A DNA stretch of 64,000 bases from a virus (IMGVR_UViG_3300022407_006288:32001-96000), one strand, 5' to 3'; shown: positions 1 through 10,328, counted from the first letter of the stretch. Notes: generated by a model from the letters alone, not told the origin. Numbers and translations: made by a program.

Positions 1-1986
1 TGATGAATATAGTGCTGTAGCAAATACACTAGCAACTCTTGATCTTCCTGCATTACTGTTTCCTTCAATACCGCCAGCTGTTGTAGCCTCTTGCATACTT
101 TCTCTATACGGTATCGGTCTTAGTTTGCCTTTTCTTAATGATTGAGCGGTTTTATCGGCTTCCTGTGCTGTTGGCGAAGCTGTTTTAACATCTGAAATAA
201 ACATTAACTGAATATTATCTCCATTAGCATTAGATCCGCTAATAGGTGCAGCAAGTGATTTTGCTTCTATTCTTTTTGTATCTAATGTGCTGCCGGCACT
301 ACTAATGCCTCCAGCTGCTATTATTCTTTGTGTTTGAGCTTGTCTATCGGGTGCCTCTGCATATTTAAGAATATTTGTATACCTGGCTTCTAGTGTTGGA
401 TTTATATTAGACTCGGCCAATGCCTTTTTAAATTCGTTAATTTTTTTAGTAAGATCTTCCGATTTTTGTGCGCTATTAATAAACTGTAATGTTTCTCTAA
501 GTTGTTGGGTTATATTTTTTTCAGTCTCTGCATTTTTTTGTGCAGTAACGCCTTGGTCTGAAATAGCCGAATCGTAGTAAATACCGCCAAATCTTGATAG
601 TGCAGCAGCAAATGAAAAATTCATGTTTAAGTCTAGATTATAAATTTGATCGTTTAAGCCTGTAAAAATATAATTATACTTTTTTTTCATAATTTTATTT
701 TTAGCATACTCAAGAAACCGTCTTTTTTCTGCAGCTAGCGTCTCGGGAGTTTGCCCGGTTTGTGAAGGGTCCACATCGGTCATACCTAAATCATACTCTA
801 CAATATAAATTGTTATTGCTACAGCGTTATCTTGTCTTAACATATCAAACGCAATTGGTTTGGTTTCTGTAACAACACGCCACAATTTTTTCATTTGATT
901 TGTTTCTTTATTTGACGGATTTGGTTGTCCCGCCGGAGTTTCAGAATTCTGCATTTTCTTTTGGAAATAATCCATGTTTTGACATAATGCGTCTACAATT
1001 TTGTCAATGCTAGTACCGGTATTAAAGGTTGCAGTTTTCTTTTTAAAGTCAACAAAGTCACCACTACGTGATGAATTTTTTGCCAAATCAGCAGGTGTTA
1101 GTAATTCCTTGCTAAAAGCAGGATCTACAACAATTCGATATGTATCGGGTATGCTATAGTTGTCAATTAGTTTTTCAAATTGATCTGCATTAATTTTATT
1201 TTCTAAATCTTTCATTGCACTCTCAAAGTCAGTAAGCTTTTCAAGTACCACATTATGCTGAATACTAAAATAAGAATTTGATTGTGCAAGCTCACTATAC
1301 ATAATTGCGTCAAACTGATATCTTGTGCCTATATGAGTGACATTTGCTTTTGAATTTGTAAGTTTAATAGGCCATACCCACTTTAATGCTGCTAACTCGC
1401 CTGGCGCGCCACCCTCTACAGATTGACCCGTACTAGAGTCTCTGCCTCTAAACTCTAACTGTAAAAATGTAGGCATGACTAGCCAATTACCAATTCCGAG
1501 TGAGACTGCCTGATAATATAGTTGGTCTAATAATCCGGCACCGGACGGTTCTATAATTTCAAATTTTACCAGAGTCTGCGTACCAGTGCCTGTTTCAACC
1601 GACGGTACAGCAATCCCGTGAATTTCAACATTAACTATTGTAAGATCAGATACTCCGCTTTCTGCAATAATTGTCTGGTTGGATAAATCAAGTATATTTC
1701 CGCTACTAGCATCTTCCAGCGATGTTATAAAAAGCTTCCAATGATAAGTATATGTGTCATAATTATCTAGAACATTAGGTTGAAATTGCAATAAGACTTT
1801 TTCTTCTGGTGCTGTTTCTTTATGTACATGTTTTTTATTATTATCTACAACAGTATAAGATGTTTTTACATATGCTCTGTTTTCGTTATATGTTTTTACA
1901 ACTGCTTTTCCGATAGTTGTATTTGCAACAGAATCTACTACCGAATTATAGGTTTCGGTGATACCAGACATAAAATCTTTAGACAT
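1..1986 (-). CDS. Large baseplate hub-like structural protein; 3' end lies outside the window
   Basis: Not in the ORF track. ATG at 1986 reads MSKDFMSGITETYNSVVDSVAN...LQFQPNVLDNYDTYTYHWKLFITS; the frame was read by eye at its start only. The NVLDNYDTYTYHW motif and position downstream of baseplate genes suggest a hub protein. Confidence 0.55.
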   Translation of the reverse strand, partial: MSKDFMSGITETYNSVVDSVANTTIGKAVVKTYNENRAYVKTSYTVVDNNKKHVHKETAPEEKVLLQFQPNVLDNYDTYTYHWKLFITSLEDASSGNILDLSNQTIIAESGVSDLTIVNVEIHGIAVPSVETGTGTQTLVKFEIIEPSGAGLLDQLYYQAVSLGIGNWLVMPTFLQLEFRGRDSSTGQSVEGGAPGELAALKWVWPIKLTNSKANVTHIGTRYQFDAIMYSELAQSNSYFSIQHNVVLEKLTDFESAMKDLENKINADQFEKLIDNYSIPDTYRIVVDPAFSKELLTPADLAKNSSRSGDFVDFKKKTATFNTGTSIDKIVDALCQNMDYFQKKMQNSETPAGQPNPSNKETNQMKKLWRVVTETKPIAFDMLRQDNAVAITIYIVEYDLGMTDVDPSQTGQTPETLAAEKRRFLEYAKNKIMKKKYNYIFTGLNDQIYNLDLNMNFSFAAALSRFGGIYYDSAISDQGVTAQKNAETEKNITQQLRETLQFINSAQKSEDLTKKINEFKKALAESNINPTLEARYTNILKYAEAPDRQAQTQRIIAAGGISSAGSTLDTKRIEAKSLAAPISGSNANGDNIQLMFISDVKTASPTAQEADKTAQSLRKGKLRPIPYRESMQEATTAGGIEGNSNAGRSRVASVFATALYSS

Positions 1987-1987
1987 A

Positions 1988-2275
1988 TTATTGCTTCAAT
2001 ATATTATTAGGAACATAAATTTCTAACCCTGCAACAAAATCGTTAATAGGGTCTATAATTAAATCAGGGTTTCTTACGCAAAATACCCACCATAGTCTCG
2101 GAGTACCGTATTCCTGCTGACTTAATAAATCTGGTCTTTGATTAAATTCAGGAGGAATAATAATAATTTTATCGTAGTCATTTTTTGGAACTATCCGAGG
2201 TACCCATAAATCAAGATACCAGTTTTTAATTGGCGTCAGAGAATAAGGACTTGTATCTTTTGTATTTTGTGCCAT
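1988..2275 (-). CDS. Baseplate wedge protein (gp53/LysM-tail-X-like)
   Basis: IPPEFNQRPDLLSQQEYGTPRLWWVFCVRNPDLI...GLEIYVP is the RPDLLS-YG-LWWV pattern of gp53-like proteins. Confidence 0.75.
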   Translation of the reverse strand: MAQNTKDTSPYSLTPIKNWYLDLWVPRIVPKNDYDKIIIIPPEFNQRPDLLSQQEYGTPRLWWVFCVRNPDLIIDPINDFVAGLEIYVPNNILKQ

Positions 2276-2982
2276 TATATGTATCCCCCACCTAACAGCT
2301 TACCCTGGCGGAATAAATCAAGATTAAAATTATTTCTAAGTGTAATTGGCACATACTGTACATCTAACTCAACTATAGCTGTTATATGTGTAGGCACATA
2401 CGTAAATCCGCTAGGGGATGGGACCGGGGAGCCAGTTACATTATTATTAAATGTAGAAAATGTAGTATTAATTGGTACATAATCAATATCTGCCGGGTAT
2501 GTGTAGTCAAACGACTTTACTATGACAGGTGTATTGTTAAATTGATAATCACCTAAATAATTAAACAATAATACCGGCGGTGGTGTACCGGCTTTGTCAT
2601 AAGGATTCAAACCAAAGTAAGATTTGGTAACTGATCTAAAAAACCAAATTATTGCCAGTAAATATAGTGCTTCTTGTGTGGTTTGTGCAGTAAATTCGGC
2701 TGTAATAGTTATTGGCTTAGGGTACGATCTAATATATGCATTATATCCATAGTTTGAATGTATAAACCCAGACGATTCATACTCGACTGTATTTCCTGTT
2801 GCCACAGACGGTGTATAAGGGAAAAGAACACCCCTAGTAGCCCACAAAGGATGTAAAATATTACTAGGTTCATTCGGCCCTAAGACATCGTTTGTGGCAT
2901 ATGAAACATTATTAATTATTGTAGTTCCAGATAACAACTTTTTAGGTTGTAATCTAGCTCTAAAATCGGCCGGTGAACCCAT
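2275..2982 (-). CDS. Baseplate/tail-tube initiator-like protein (gp48/gp54-like)
   Basis: GVLFPYTPSV...ITITAEFTAQT...PPPVLLFNYLG...PVIVKSFDYTYP is a tube-fold pattern; baseplate context and an upstream late promoter support it. Confidence 0.6.
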   Translation of the reverse strand: MGSPADFRARLQPKKLLSGTTIINNVSYATNDVLGPNEPSNILHPLWATRGVLFPYTPSVATGNTVEYESSGFIHSNYGYNAYIRSYPKPITITAEFTAQTTQEALYLLAIIWFFRSVTKSYFGLNPYDKAGTPPPVLLFNYLGDYQFNNTPVIVKSFDYTYPADIDYVPINTTFSTFNNNVTGSPVPSPSGFTYVPTHITAIVELDVQYVPITLRNNFNLDLFRQGKLLGGGYI

Positions 2983-3001
2983 TGTACTCTCCTATTTTGC
3001 T

Positions 3002-3009
3002 TATTTATC
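3002..3009 (-). promoter_or_regulatory. Late promoter GATAAATA for the baseplate operon
   Basis: TATTTATC on + strand, 20 nt upstream of the 2982 start; the same motif precedes most structural genes. Confidence 0.65.
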
Positions 3010-3043
3010 ACTCTTATAAATTGGTGTTTTTATAGCGAAACGG

Positions 3044-3072
3044 TTGACTTGCCGGTGTCATTTTGTTAAAAT
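3044..3072 (+). promoter_or_regulatory. Sigma70-type promoter for gp55-gp47-gp46
   Basis: TTGACT-17 bp-TAAAAT with an extended -10 TG. Confidence 0.7.
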
Positions 3073-3097
3073 AAGAAAAATTTGCTGAAGGGAAATT

Positions 3098-4009
3098 ATG
3101 AATATAATTATAGAAAATGAAGATGGTATTATGGCTCCAGTAACTATTTCAACCGAGCCGGTTAAAAAAATTAATTACTTAAATAATAAAGATATGTTGA
3201 AGGAAATTCACAGAAGTAAAAATTCTTTTTCCGAATATATAGATCCAAAATACAGTGATTACGATGTTATTGTTGAAGATATTCAAGAAATATTTTTACC
3301 AGAAACACAAGAAAAGGGTAAAATTACTCGTGCAGCAAGAATAGGTGTAACTGCATATGATGCTGCAATAGCAAGTTCGCTAATGTTGCCAAAATCAGAA
3401 AAACCAAAACTATCCGAGTTTAAAGTAAAGCCCGATACAATTTTGGTTGACGACTTGGTATTTAGGGTGCTTACATTTGATCATATCCCTTTATCTCCGG
3501 GCCGTAAAAAGAACCCAAAGAGCGAAGGCGACAAGTATGTTAAGTTAAATTTTTATCCATTTAAGCACTTTATTATTGAAAATGGTGTGGCCAAAGAGGT
3601 AGGAAGATCGCACTCAAAAAAAGGCAAATTTAATATAGAGGTTGGCTCTATTACAAACAAGCTTGCTAAAATGTTTATTCTCATGGTAAACAAATATGCA
3701 CAACGCGGTAACTGGCGAGGATATACTTATCTCGACGAAATGAAAGGGCAAGCATTGCTACAACTTGCGCAGATGGGCCTGCAGTTTGACGAATACAAGT
3801 CTGATAATCCGTTCTCCTATTATACGGCAAGTGTATCAAACAGTTTTACTCGTGTACTTAACTTAGAAAAGAAGAGTCAGGATCTCAGAGATGATTTGCT
3901 AATTGATAGCGGTGCAAGTCCAAGTTTTTCAAGACAACTTGCTGTTGAAGACGAAATCCGTAGGTTAAGAGAAGATGCACAGGAAACTGCCAAAGATGAC
4001 CACGAATAA
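3098..4009 (+). CDS. gp55: Late-transcription sigma factor
   Basis: YAQRGNWRGYTYLDEMKGQALLQL...FDEYKSDNPFSYYT...SFTRVLNLEKK matches T4 gp55-like proteins; upstream of gp47/gp46 as in T4. Confidence 0.88.
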   Translation: MNIIIENEDGIMAPVTISTEPVKKINYLNNKDMLKEIHRSKNSFSEYIDPKYSDYDVIVEDIQEIFLPETQEKGKITRAARIGVTAYDAAIASSLMLPKSEKPKLSEFKVKPDTILVDDLVFRVLTFDHIPLSPGRKKNPKSEGDKYVKLNFYPFKHFIIENGVAKEVGRSHSKKGKFNIEVGSITNKLAKMFILMVNKYAQRGNWRGYTYLDEMKGQALLQLAQMGLQFDEYKSDNPFSYYTASVSNSFTRVLNLEKKSQDLRDDLLIDSGASPSFSRQLAVEDEIRRLREDAQETAKDDHE

Positions 4010-5018
4010 TCAATTATTTCATCGCACTGTGGTTTTCTCTGATATCCACTTTGGTCTTCGACATAACTCAGCTGAACACAATCAAGATTGCCTGGATTTC
4101 ATAGATTGGCTAATTAGTGAAGCAAAGACAAGGGGTGCTGAAACCTGTCTAATGTTGGGCGACTGGCATCATCATAGATCCAATATCAATATTTTAACTT
4201 TAGATTATACAATGCAGGCATTGAGAAAACTTAATGCTGCATTTGATAAAACCTATATCATGGTAGGAAATCACGATCTTTTTTACAGAGAAAAACGTGA
4301 TATTCACTCCATGATTGTGGGTAGCGAATTTAATAATATTGTGTTGATTGATAAGCCGGTGATTGAAGGTAATGTTGCATTAATCCCTTGGCTGGTTGAA
4401 GAGGAGTGGATGCAAGTGTCAAAGATGCAGTCAAAGTATACCTTTGGTCACTTGGAGCTGCCAGGCTTTAAAATGAACGCCATGGTTGAAATGCCTGATC
4501 ACGGCACGCTAAATTCTTCGCATTTTAAGAATCAAGAATTGGTATTTTCGGGCCACTTTCATAAAAGACAAACAAAGGGCAGAATTAGTTACATTGGCAA
4601 TCCGTTTGGTCACAATTATTCAGATGTTTGGGATTTTGAACGTGGTGCCATGTACATGGAGTGGGATAAAGAGCCCGAGTTCTTGGATTATACAACCGGT
4701 CCTAGATTTATTAGTATTAATCTTTCAGCCCTATTAGAAAATCCTGATATTTATTTAAAGCCCAAAACCTATCTGCAAGTTATACTTGACATTGACATCA
4801 CATATGAGGAAGCTGCATTTTTAAGAGAAACTTTTCTGACACAATACAATGTAAGAGAATTTAAACTTATTAAAAATCAAGAAGAAGAAATAACAAAGTC
4901 TTATACAGCAGATAGCAAATTTAAGACAGTAGATCAAATTGTTATTGAAGAGCTAACAAATATTGATAGCGATTCTTTTAATACAAGTAAACTTGTAGAA
5001 ATTTATAATGGACTATAA
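3996..5018 (+). CDS. gp47: Recombination endonuclease subunit (Mre11/SbcD-like)
   Basis: Metallophosphoesterase motifs SDIHFG, GDWHH, GNHD, GHFH. Likely start is the ATG at 3996 (MTTNNQ). Confidence 0.92.
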   Translation: MTTNNQLFHRTVVFSDIHFGLRHNSAEHNQDCLDFIDWLISEAKTRGAETCLMLGDWHHHRSNINILTLDYTMQALRKLNAAFDKTYIMVGNHDLFYREKRDIHSMIVGSEFNNIVLIDKPVIEGNVALIPWLVEEEWMQVSKMQSKYTFGHLELPGFKMNAMVEMPDHGTLNSSHFKNQELVFSGHFHKRQTKGRISYIGNPFGHNYSDVWDFERGAMYMEWDKEPEFLDYTTGPRFISINLSALLENPDIYLKPKTYLQVILDIDITYEEAAFLRETFLTQYNVREFKLIKNQEEEITKSYTADSKFKTVDQIVIEELTNIDSDSFNTSKLVEIYNGL

Positions 5019-5023
5019 CATAC

Positions 5024-6826
5024 ATGTTAAAAATTAAATCATTAACTTTAAAGAATTTTTTATCTGTTGGCAATGTTACCCAATCAATCAGTTTTACCCA
5101 GCAGGATCTTGTGCTTGTACTGGGTGAAAATATTGACCTAGGCGGAAATGATAATAGAAATGGCGTGGGTAAATCGGCGATAGTAAATGCATTATCGTAT
5201 GCGTTGTATGGCGAGGCGTTAACAAAGATTCGTAAGGATAATTTGATTAATGCTACTAATGCTAAAAATATGTTTGTAACTCTTACATTTGAGATTAACG
5301 GCATAAATTATAAAGTTGAGCGCGGTCGCAAACCAGGTATCTTTAGATTTACTAAAGGCGATACCAATAGCGATATTAAAATTAATAGTGAACAAGATGA
5401 TAAAACCGACGAGGATGAATCACAGGGCGAAAGTCGTCTTACACAAATAGAAATTGAGCGCACTATTGGAATTTCCCATGACATGTTCAAGCACATACTT
5501 GCATTAAACACATATGTAGAACCTTTCTTGTCACTAAGAACAAGTGATCAACGTATTATTATTGAACAATTGCTAGGTATCACAAAACTATCTGAAAAGG
5601 CCGATAAGCTCAAGGAAGATAATAAACTAACAAAAGATGATATTAAAGAAGAGGAATTTCGAATATCGGCTGCAACTGAAGCAAATCGTCGAATTGAGCA
5701 GAATATATCCGGCCTTGAGATTAAGTCATCGGCATGGGATAAAGCAAAAGATATTAAGGTAACAAAACTTAGATCTTCAATTGAGAAAATGTTAAATGTA
5801 GAGATTGATGAAGAAATTACGCTCCACAAGTCTAAGAAAGAAGCACACGATCTTAATACAGAATACAAAGCTCTTGCAAAAGAACTAACAGGATTAGAAA
5901 AAGATGTAACAGATTGCGAAAAAATTATTGCAAAGTTAAAAAAGGTTGTATCTAATTCCACCGAGCAGGTTTGCCCGACATGTAGTCAGGCTATGGATCA
6001 GGCTACACATAAAAATGTGCATGATGATTACATTTTGCAATACAACGAAGCACAACTTAAACTTGACTATAAGACTGCTAAAAGAGACGAAGTCAAGTCG
6101 CTTGCTGCATCGGTGCTGTCCTTAATACCCACATTACCTAATACATTCTATGATACCATAGACGAGGCATATGCTCATAAAACCACACTGGATACACTGG
6201 GTAACAGTTTGTCTGCCGAGATTAATTCCGAAAACCCATTTATAGATCAAATTGATACCCTTAGAAAAGATGGTTTACAAGAAGTTGATTTTTCTAATCT
6301 TAACGAATTAGTAAAACTAAAAGATCATCAGGAGTTCTTACTCAAGTTACTGACAAGTAAAGATAGTTTTATACGCAAGAAAATTATTGATCAAAACTTG
6401 TCATTCTTAAATCATCGCTTATCTTACTATATTGAAAATATTGGATTACCTCACAACGTAAAATTTAAGTCAGACCTTGAAGTTGAAATTAGCATGTATG
6501 GTAAAGAGTTTGACTTTGATAATTTAAGTCGAGGCGAACGAACCAGACTTATACTATCACTATCTTGGGCATTTAGGGATGTTTTTGAAAATATGAATAA
6601 CAAGATTAATCTATTATTTATTGATGAATTAGTAGACAACGGGATTGATACAGCAGGCACCGAGTCTGTACTACGAATACTGAAAAATATGAGTCGCACC
6701 AATGGGAAAAATATCTTTTTAATTTCCCATCGGGATGAATTTATTGGCAGGGTAACAAACGTGCTTAAGGTTATAAAAGAAGGCGGTTTTACGTCAATAG
6801 AAAAGATGACAACTTCTGAAGTTTGA
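5024..6826 (+). CDS. gp46: Recombination ATPase subunit (Rad50/SbcC-like)
   Basis: Walker A NGVGKS, zinc hook CPTC, signature LSRGE, Walker B LLFIDE, ISH. Confidence 0.95.
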   Translation: MLKIKSLTLKNFLSVGNVTQSISFTQQDLVLVLGENIDLGGNDNRNGVGKSAIVNALSYALYGEALTKIRKDNLINATNAKNMFVTLTFEINGINYKVERGRKPGIFRFTKGDTNSDIKINSEQDDKTDEDESQGESRLTQIEIERTIGISHDMFKHILALNTYVEPFLSLRTSDQRIIIEQLLGITKLSEKADKLKEDNKLTKDDIKEEEFRISAATEANRRIEQNISGLEIKSSAWDKAKDIKVTKLRSSIEKMLNVEIDEEITLHKSKKEAHDLNTEYKALAKELTGLEKDVTDCEKIIAKLKKVVSNSTEQVCPTCSQAMDQATHKNVHDDYILQYNEAQLKLDYKTAKRDEVKSLAASVLSLIPTLPNTFYDTIDEAYAHKTTLDTLGNSLSAEINSENPFIDQIDTLRKDGLQEVDFSNLNELVKLKDHQEFLLKLLTSKDSFIRKKIIDQNLSFLNHRLSYYIENIGLPHNVKFKSDLEVEISMYGKEFDFDNLSRGERTRLILSLSWAFRDVFENMNNKINLLFIDELVDNGIDTAGTESVLRILKNMSRTNGKNIFLISHRDEFIGRVTNVLKVIKEGGFTSIEKMTTSEV

Positions 6827-6850
6827 CAGTCTACATTATTCTATTATACA
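6823..6850 (+). promoter_or_regulatory. Sigma70-type promoter overlapping the gp46 stop codon
   Basis: TTGACA-16 bp-TATACA upstream of the 6875 ORF. Confidence 0.45.
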
Positions 6851-6874
6851 CTAAATGTAGTTTTAAAGGTATCT

Positions 6875-8071
6875 ATGACTAATGATGAAAAAATAAAACA
6901 ATTTAAAAATATATTTACAAAATTAGCAAGTATTGAACTTGATGCATACACTTTATATTTAAATTCCGGTGAAAATAGGGAATATTTGCCGTTAAACCCG
7001 TATACTGGTCCCAAATCATCTAAGGAATTAGAGGATGCAGGGTGGACTAAATTTTGTATTCGTAAAACAACTAAATTTTATCACCCGGCATTAGACGTGA
7101 CAAATAATCGGGATGCTACTCTCTTTTATAAAGCTGCGCTCTTTGATAAATTTGACCCGGACAACAAGATAGGCAAAAAATGGACAGATCTAGTTTACGT
7201 TTCCGATAAATGGAGTGAAAAACGCGGTATGGAAAATACCGTCTTTGAACCTATATCTCAACTCGAAGTTCACTTTGAATATGTTAGTACGCAAGGTGTT
7301 TATCGAATAAGACACAACGGAAGTAAAGTGGGGTTTGATCTTTTTTCATTATATAATTATGAGGCTAAGGCGATCAATTTAGCCAATAATAAAGAATATT
7401 TAAAACTTATGCAATACGGGCCCAATCATAAAGATAAATTGCTGATATGTCATTTATCAGGGCAAAGTATGTCGCTTATTGAATTAACAAATTTCGAAAC
7501 AGGTTTCAAAGCTGCGCAATCTTCGCATCAGCTACATCATGCACGGTATGATAAAACAGGAAGTATATATAAAATTGTAGAACCAAGTCAGTTAATGGGG
7601 ATGAAAAATTTTAAAAATTTTACCCATGAGGAACACATGGAACTGTTAGGCTGTATTATCTTAAGTGGTGATTCTCATGATGCAATACATAACTCAAATA
7701 AACAAGACGGCATTGATAACTGGTTTAAACGGCTCGAACTAAAAGAGTGCTACTCTTTACCTTATCACTGGGTATCAAGAGAAAACTATAACAATACGCT
7801 CACGTATCTTTCAGAAAATACAGATTATTTTAATAGAGACTTAGCATTATCCTATGATGATTTTATGAAAAAACATAGTGTTTCTACAACAATTACAAAT
7901 TCAGTGTTGGCTGAACTGACTGAGTCGAGTATTGCTGAACCAACGACTGATTTTGTTCTTTTGTCCAAAAGTCATCCCAGTTTACAAATACCCACCCTTT
8001 ATAATTTAGAGATCGATCAACAACAAACTTTAGATTTTGAGGATAAACAACCCACTTATCTTTACGGCTAA
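6875..8071 (+). CDS. Hypothetical protein with a possible degenerate HNH motif
   Basis: 398-aa ORF containing QLHHARY...GCIILSGDSHDAIH; its last 179 nt overlap the resolvase antisense. Confidence 0.45.
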   Translation: MTNDEKIKQFKNIFTKLASIELDAYTLYLNSGENREYLPLNPYTGPKSSKELEDAGWTKFCIRKTTKFYHPALDVTNNRDATLFYKAALFDKFDPDNKIGKKWTDLVYVSDKWSEKRGMENTVFEPISQLEVHFEYVSTQGVYRIRHNGSKVGFDLFSLYNYEAKAINLANNKEYLKLMQYGPNHKDKLLICHLSGQSMSLIELTNFETGFKAAQSSHQLHHARYDKTGSIYKIVEPSQLMGMKNFKNFTHEEHMELLGCIILSGDSHDAIHNSNKQDGIDNWFKRLELKECYSLPYHWVSRENYNNTLTYLSENTDYFNRDLALSYDDFMKKHSVSTTITNSVLAELTESSIAEPTTDFVLLSKSHPSLQIPTLYNLEIDQQQTLDFEDKQPTYLYG

Positions 8072-8417
8072 TTTTAATTAAAATTAAATTTAAATCGCCC
8101 TCATCCTCAACTTCGTGCTGCTGTTGTATCCACGAATCGAGGATCTTTACATCTGTGTACCATAACTGGTGAAACGGGAAGTCTTTGTAACTTTTGCACT
8201 CCACATTAAAATGTGTCCATGCATCTGGAGGATGTATGTCCCCTTTCTTACTTTGTAATTGTGACTGATCTAATGTGGCTTTTCTAAAATTATTTTTGCC
8301 GCCCACAAATGCACCGCTACTGGGTACTCTCAGAAATGATAAATTATAGGTTGATGATAAAAATTTAGCCACCTCTAGTTCCCAACTGTTTCCCTTAGCC
8401 TTTGATTTACTTGGCAT
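7893..8417 (-). CDS. Holliday junction resolvase (Hjc-like PD-(D/E)xK)
   Basis: SKAKGNSWELEVAKFL...RVPSSGA...GDI...VECKSYK. Confidence 0.85.
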   Translation of the reverse strand: MPSKSKAKGNSWELEVAKFLSSTYNLSFLRVPSSGAFVGGKNNFRKATLDQSQLQSKKGDIHPPDAWTHFNVECKSYKDFPFHQLWYTDVKILDSWIQQQHEVEDEGDLNLILIKISRKDKWVVYPQNLKFVVDRSLNYKGWVFVNWDDFWTKEQNQSLVQQYSTQSVQPTLNL

Positions 8418-8480
8418 ATTAAATCCCCTGTTAATGTTACTTATCTATTTTTATAAATAGTTATAACAAGGACGAACACA

Positions 8481-9068
8481 ATGACCTATACACCCGCATT
8501 TGAAAAAGCAGTTGATCATACCATGTTATACGAAGTGGGCGGGTTTTGGAATGTGGCCCATCCGGCTGTAAAAATGGGGCTTATTGATAGCAAAGAAAAT
8601 CGTAGAGCTGTTGGTTATACCAATGATCCAGTTGATGTTGGCGGTGAAACAAAATTCGGTATTGCTAAACGTGCTAATCCCACTGTTGACATAGCTAAAC
8701 TAACATGGGAAGGTGCATTGGCAATATATTACAGTCACTATTGGTTAAAAGGTAAATGTGATAGATTACCTGCTAATATAGCCGTACTGCATTTTGACGG
8801 ATGTGTAAATTTTGGAGTTGGACAAGCAGCTAAATTCTTACAGCGGTCGGTTTCGGTACAAGTTGATGGTGCTATTGGTGAGATTACAATTGATGCTGCT
8901 AGAATGTTAAATCAGATTACCGTATGCAATACAATTTGTGATCAAAGGGACAACTACTACAAGCAAATTGTATTCAATAAGCCCGCTCAAGTAAGATTTT
9001 TAAACGGATGGCTTCGCCGAAACGCCGAAATGAGAGCTTTTAGCACAAATCCCGCTAATAAATTTTAA
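8481..9068 (+). CDS. Endolysin, glycoside hydrolase family 108 with a C-terminal peptidoglycan-binding domain
   Basis: YEVGG...NDPVDVGGETKFGI, LQRSV-VQVDGAIGEIT, FLNGWLRR; TATAAATA late promoter upstream. Confidence 0.88.
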   Translation: MTYTPAFEKAVDHTMLYEVGGFWNVAHPAVKMGLIDSKENRRAVGYTNDPVDVGGETKFGIAKRANPTVDIAKLTWEGALAIYYSHYWLKGKCDRLPANIAVLHFDGCVNFGVGQAAKFLQRSVSVQVDGAIGEITIDAARMLNQITVCNTICDQRDNYYKQIVFNKPAQVRFLNGWLRRNAEMRAFSTNPANKF

Positions 9069-9752
9069 CGTATCAAGAATATTGTTGGTATAGAGTCAGT
9101 GAAGATAAAATAGTACAACAAGTAAAATTGTTCATCAAACCTACAGCATCAAAATATTCTAATCACATCTAATATACCAGCATAATTCTTAAATCAAAAT
9201 TCTATCAAATCAAAACACATCAGAATTTAGTACAATTAAAAGTTAAGTATTTACATGTAGGGTTGACAAGCCCGGTTAGTATTTTGTTGGCGTGTCGTTC
9301 GGAATGGAGCGCAACAGCCAGGTCCTTTGAACATGCAAGGGCAAGACTATAAAAAAGCGGCCTATGTCGCGAGTAAGATAGTCGAGTTTAAGTTTGCGGT
9401 GGGTATGTGAAAACAGGGTATGGCCCGCCGGTTGCGTAATTATTTTCTGAAGAATAATTACATATGCAATGAGTCTGTATGAAGTCACAACTTCTTGGGC
9501 CCCTTCCGAAACGCTATCAAATGCGTGTAGTTGACATAATCAATCCAACACTACAAAAAATATTTCGGTTCAGAATCTGGCGAAACTGTCATGGTTTTTC
9601 CATATCTAGGTTTTAGATACCCTTGATCTGACTCCTCCGTCATGTATTCCTTAAAATATAAAATAAGTGTTTTAAAGAATGTTTTAAACAATATTCTTTA
9701 AAATATTTTTAATTGCGAAGCAATCAGTACGAAAGATATTACGAAGCGAAGT
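9069..9752. other. Non-coding gap between convergent genes; origin-like and/or ncRNA
   Basis: No credible ORF. Contains five ATCAAA copies (9134-9214), a GC-richer core with hairpins, an AT-rich inverted repeat (9671-9702) and an ATTGC-GAA-GCAAT hairpin (9712-9724). Confidence 0.4.
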
Positions 9753-10328
9753 TTACGTAGCGAGTAATTCTTGATGTACTTGGTCTGCAAGACCATTAAT
9801 GATAAGATTAGGCTTTTTGTAAATACGCCTAACAAGTTTAAGTATATCTTGATTGTTCTCGTTGATAATGCCGAGATATGGCCGTAAAAATGCGCCGTAT
9901 ATTTCGTCGGAAATCATCTTTGTAGTAAGTACACCAGTAAATTTCTGGAAGTATAATGACACAAAAGCACTAAGGCGCAGTTCTATGTCGCCGTGTAAAG
10001 TAGATAAATTTGCCCTTGTAACAGGATCAATGTATCTTATTAGTTTAATCTCACCTTTTACAATATACAATTCGGTGATTATAAAATTACTATTGGGTTT
10101 TTGAATGTAAATATATCCAGTATTGCTTATTACCGGAACATTAGATTTAAGAGATATATTTGCTTCTTCATCGGGCAATGAGTCAGTCTTAAATGGACTC
10201 CATTTAATATTTTGTGCATCAAGTAATCTTGACAAATCATACACCCAGCGATGCTTGGGATATCGCTCCCAACATTCGAGATCGTCGCCGGGAATGTTAA
10301 ATTCCTGTGTTTCTAGTTTTTTATTCAC
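9753..10328 (-). CDS. Hypothetical protein
   Basis: 191-aa ORF with GTG start and AGGA RBS. Confidence 0.7.
   Translation of the reverse strand: MNKKLETQEFNIPGDDLECWERYPKHRWVYDLSRLLDAQNIKWSPFKTDSLPDEEANISLKSNVPVISNTGYIYIQKPNSNFIITELYIVKGEIKLIRYIDPVTRANLSTLHGDIELRLSAFVSLYFQKFTGVLTTKMISDEIYGAFLRPYLGIINENNQDILKLVRRIYKKPNLIINGLADQVHQELLAT

Noticed and set aside
9276-9488. 70-aa minus-strand ORF in the non-coding gap
   Set aside because: No clear RBS or recognisable motif; treated as incidental.
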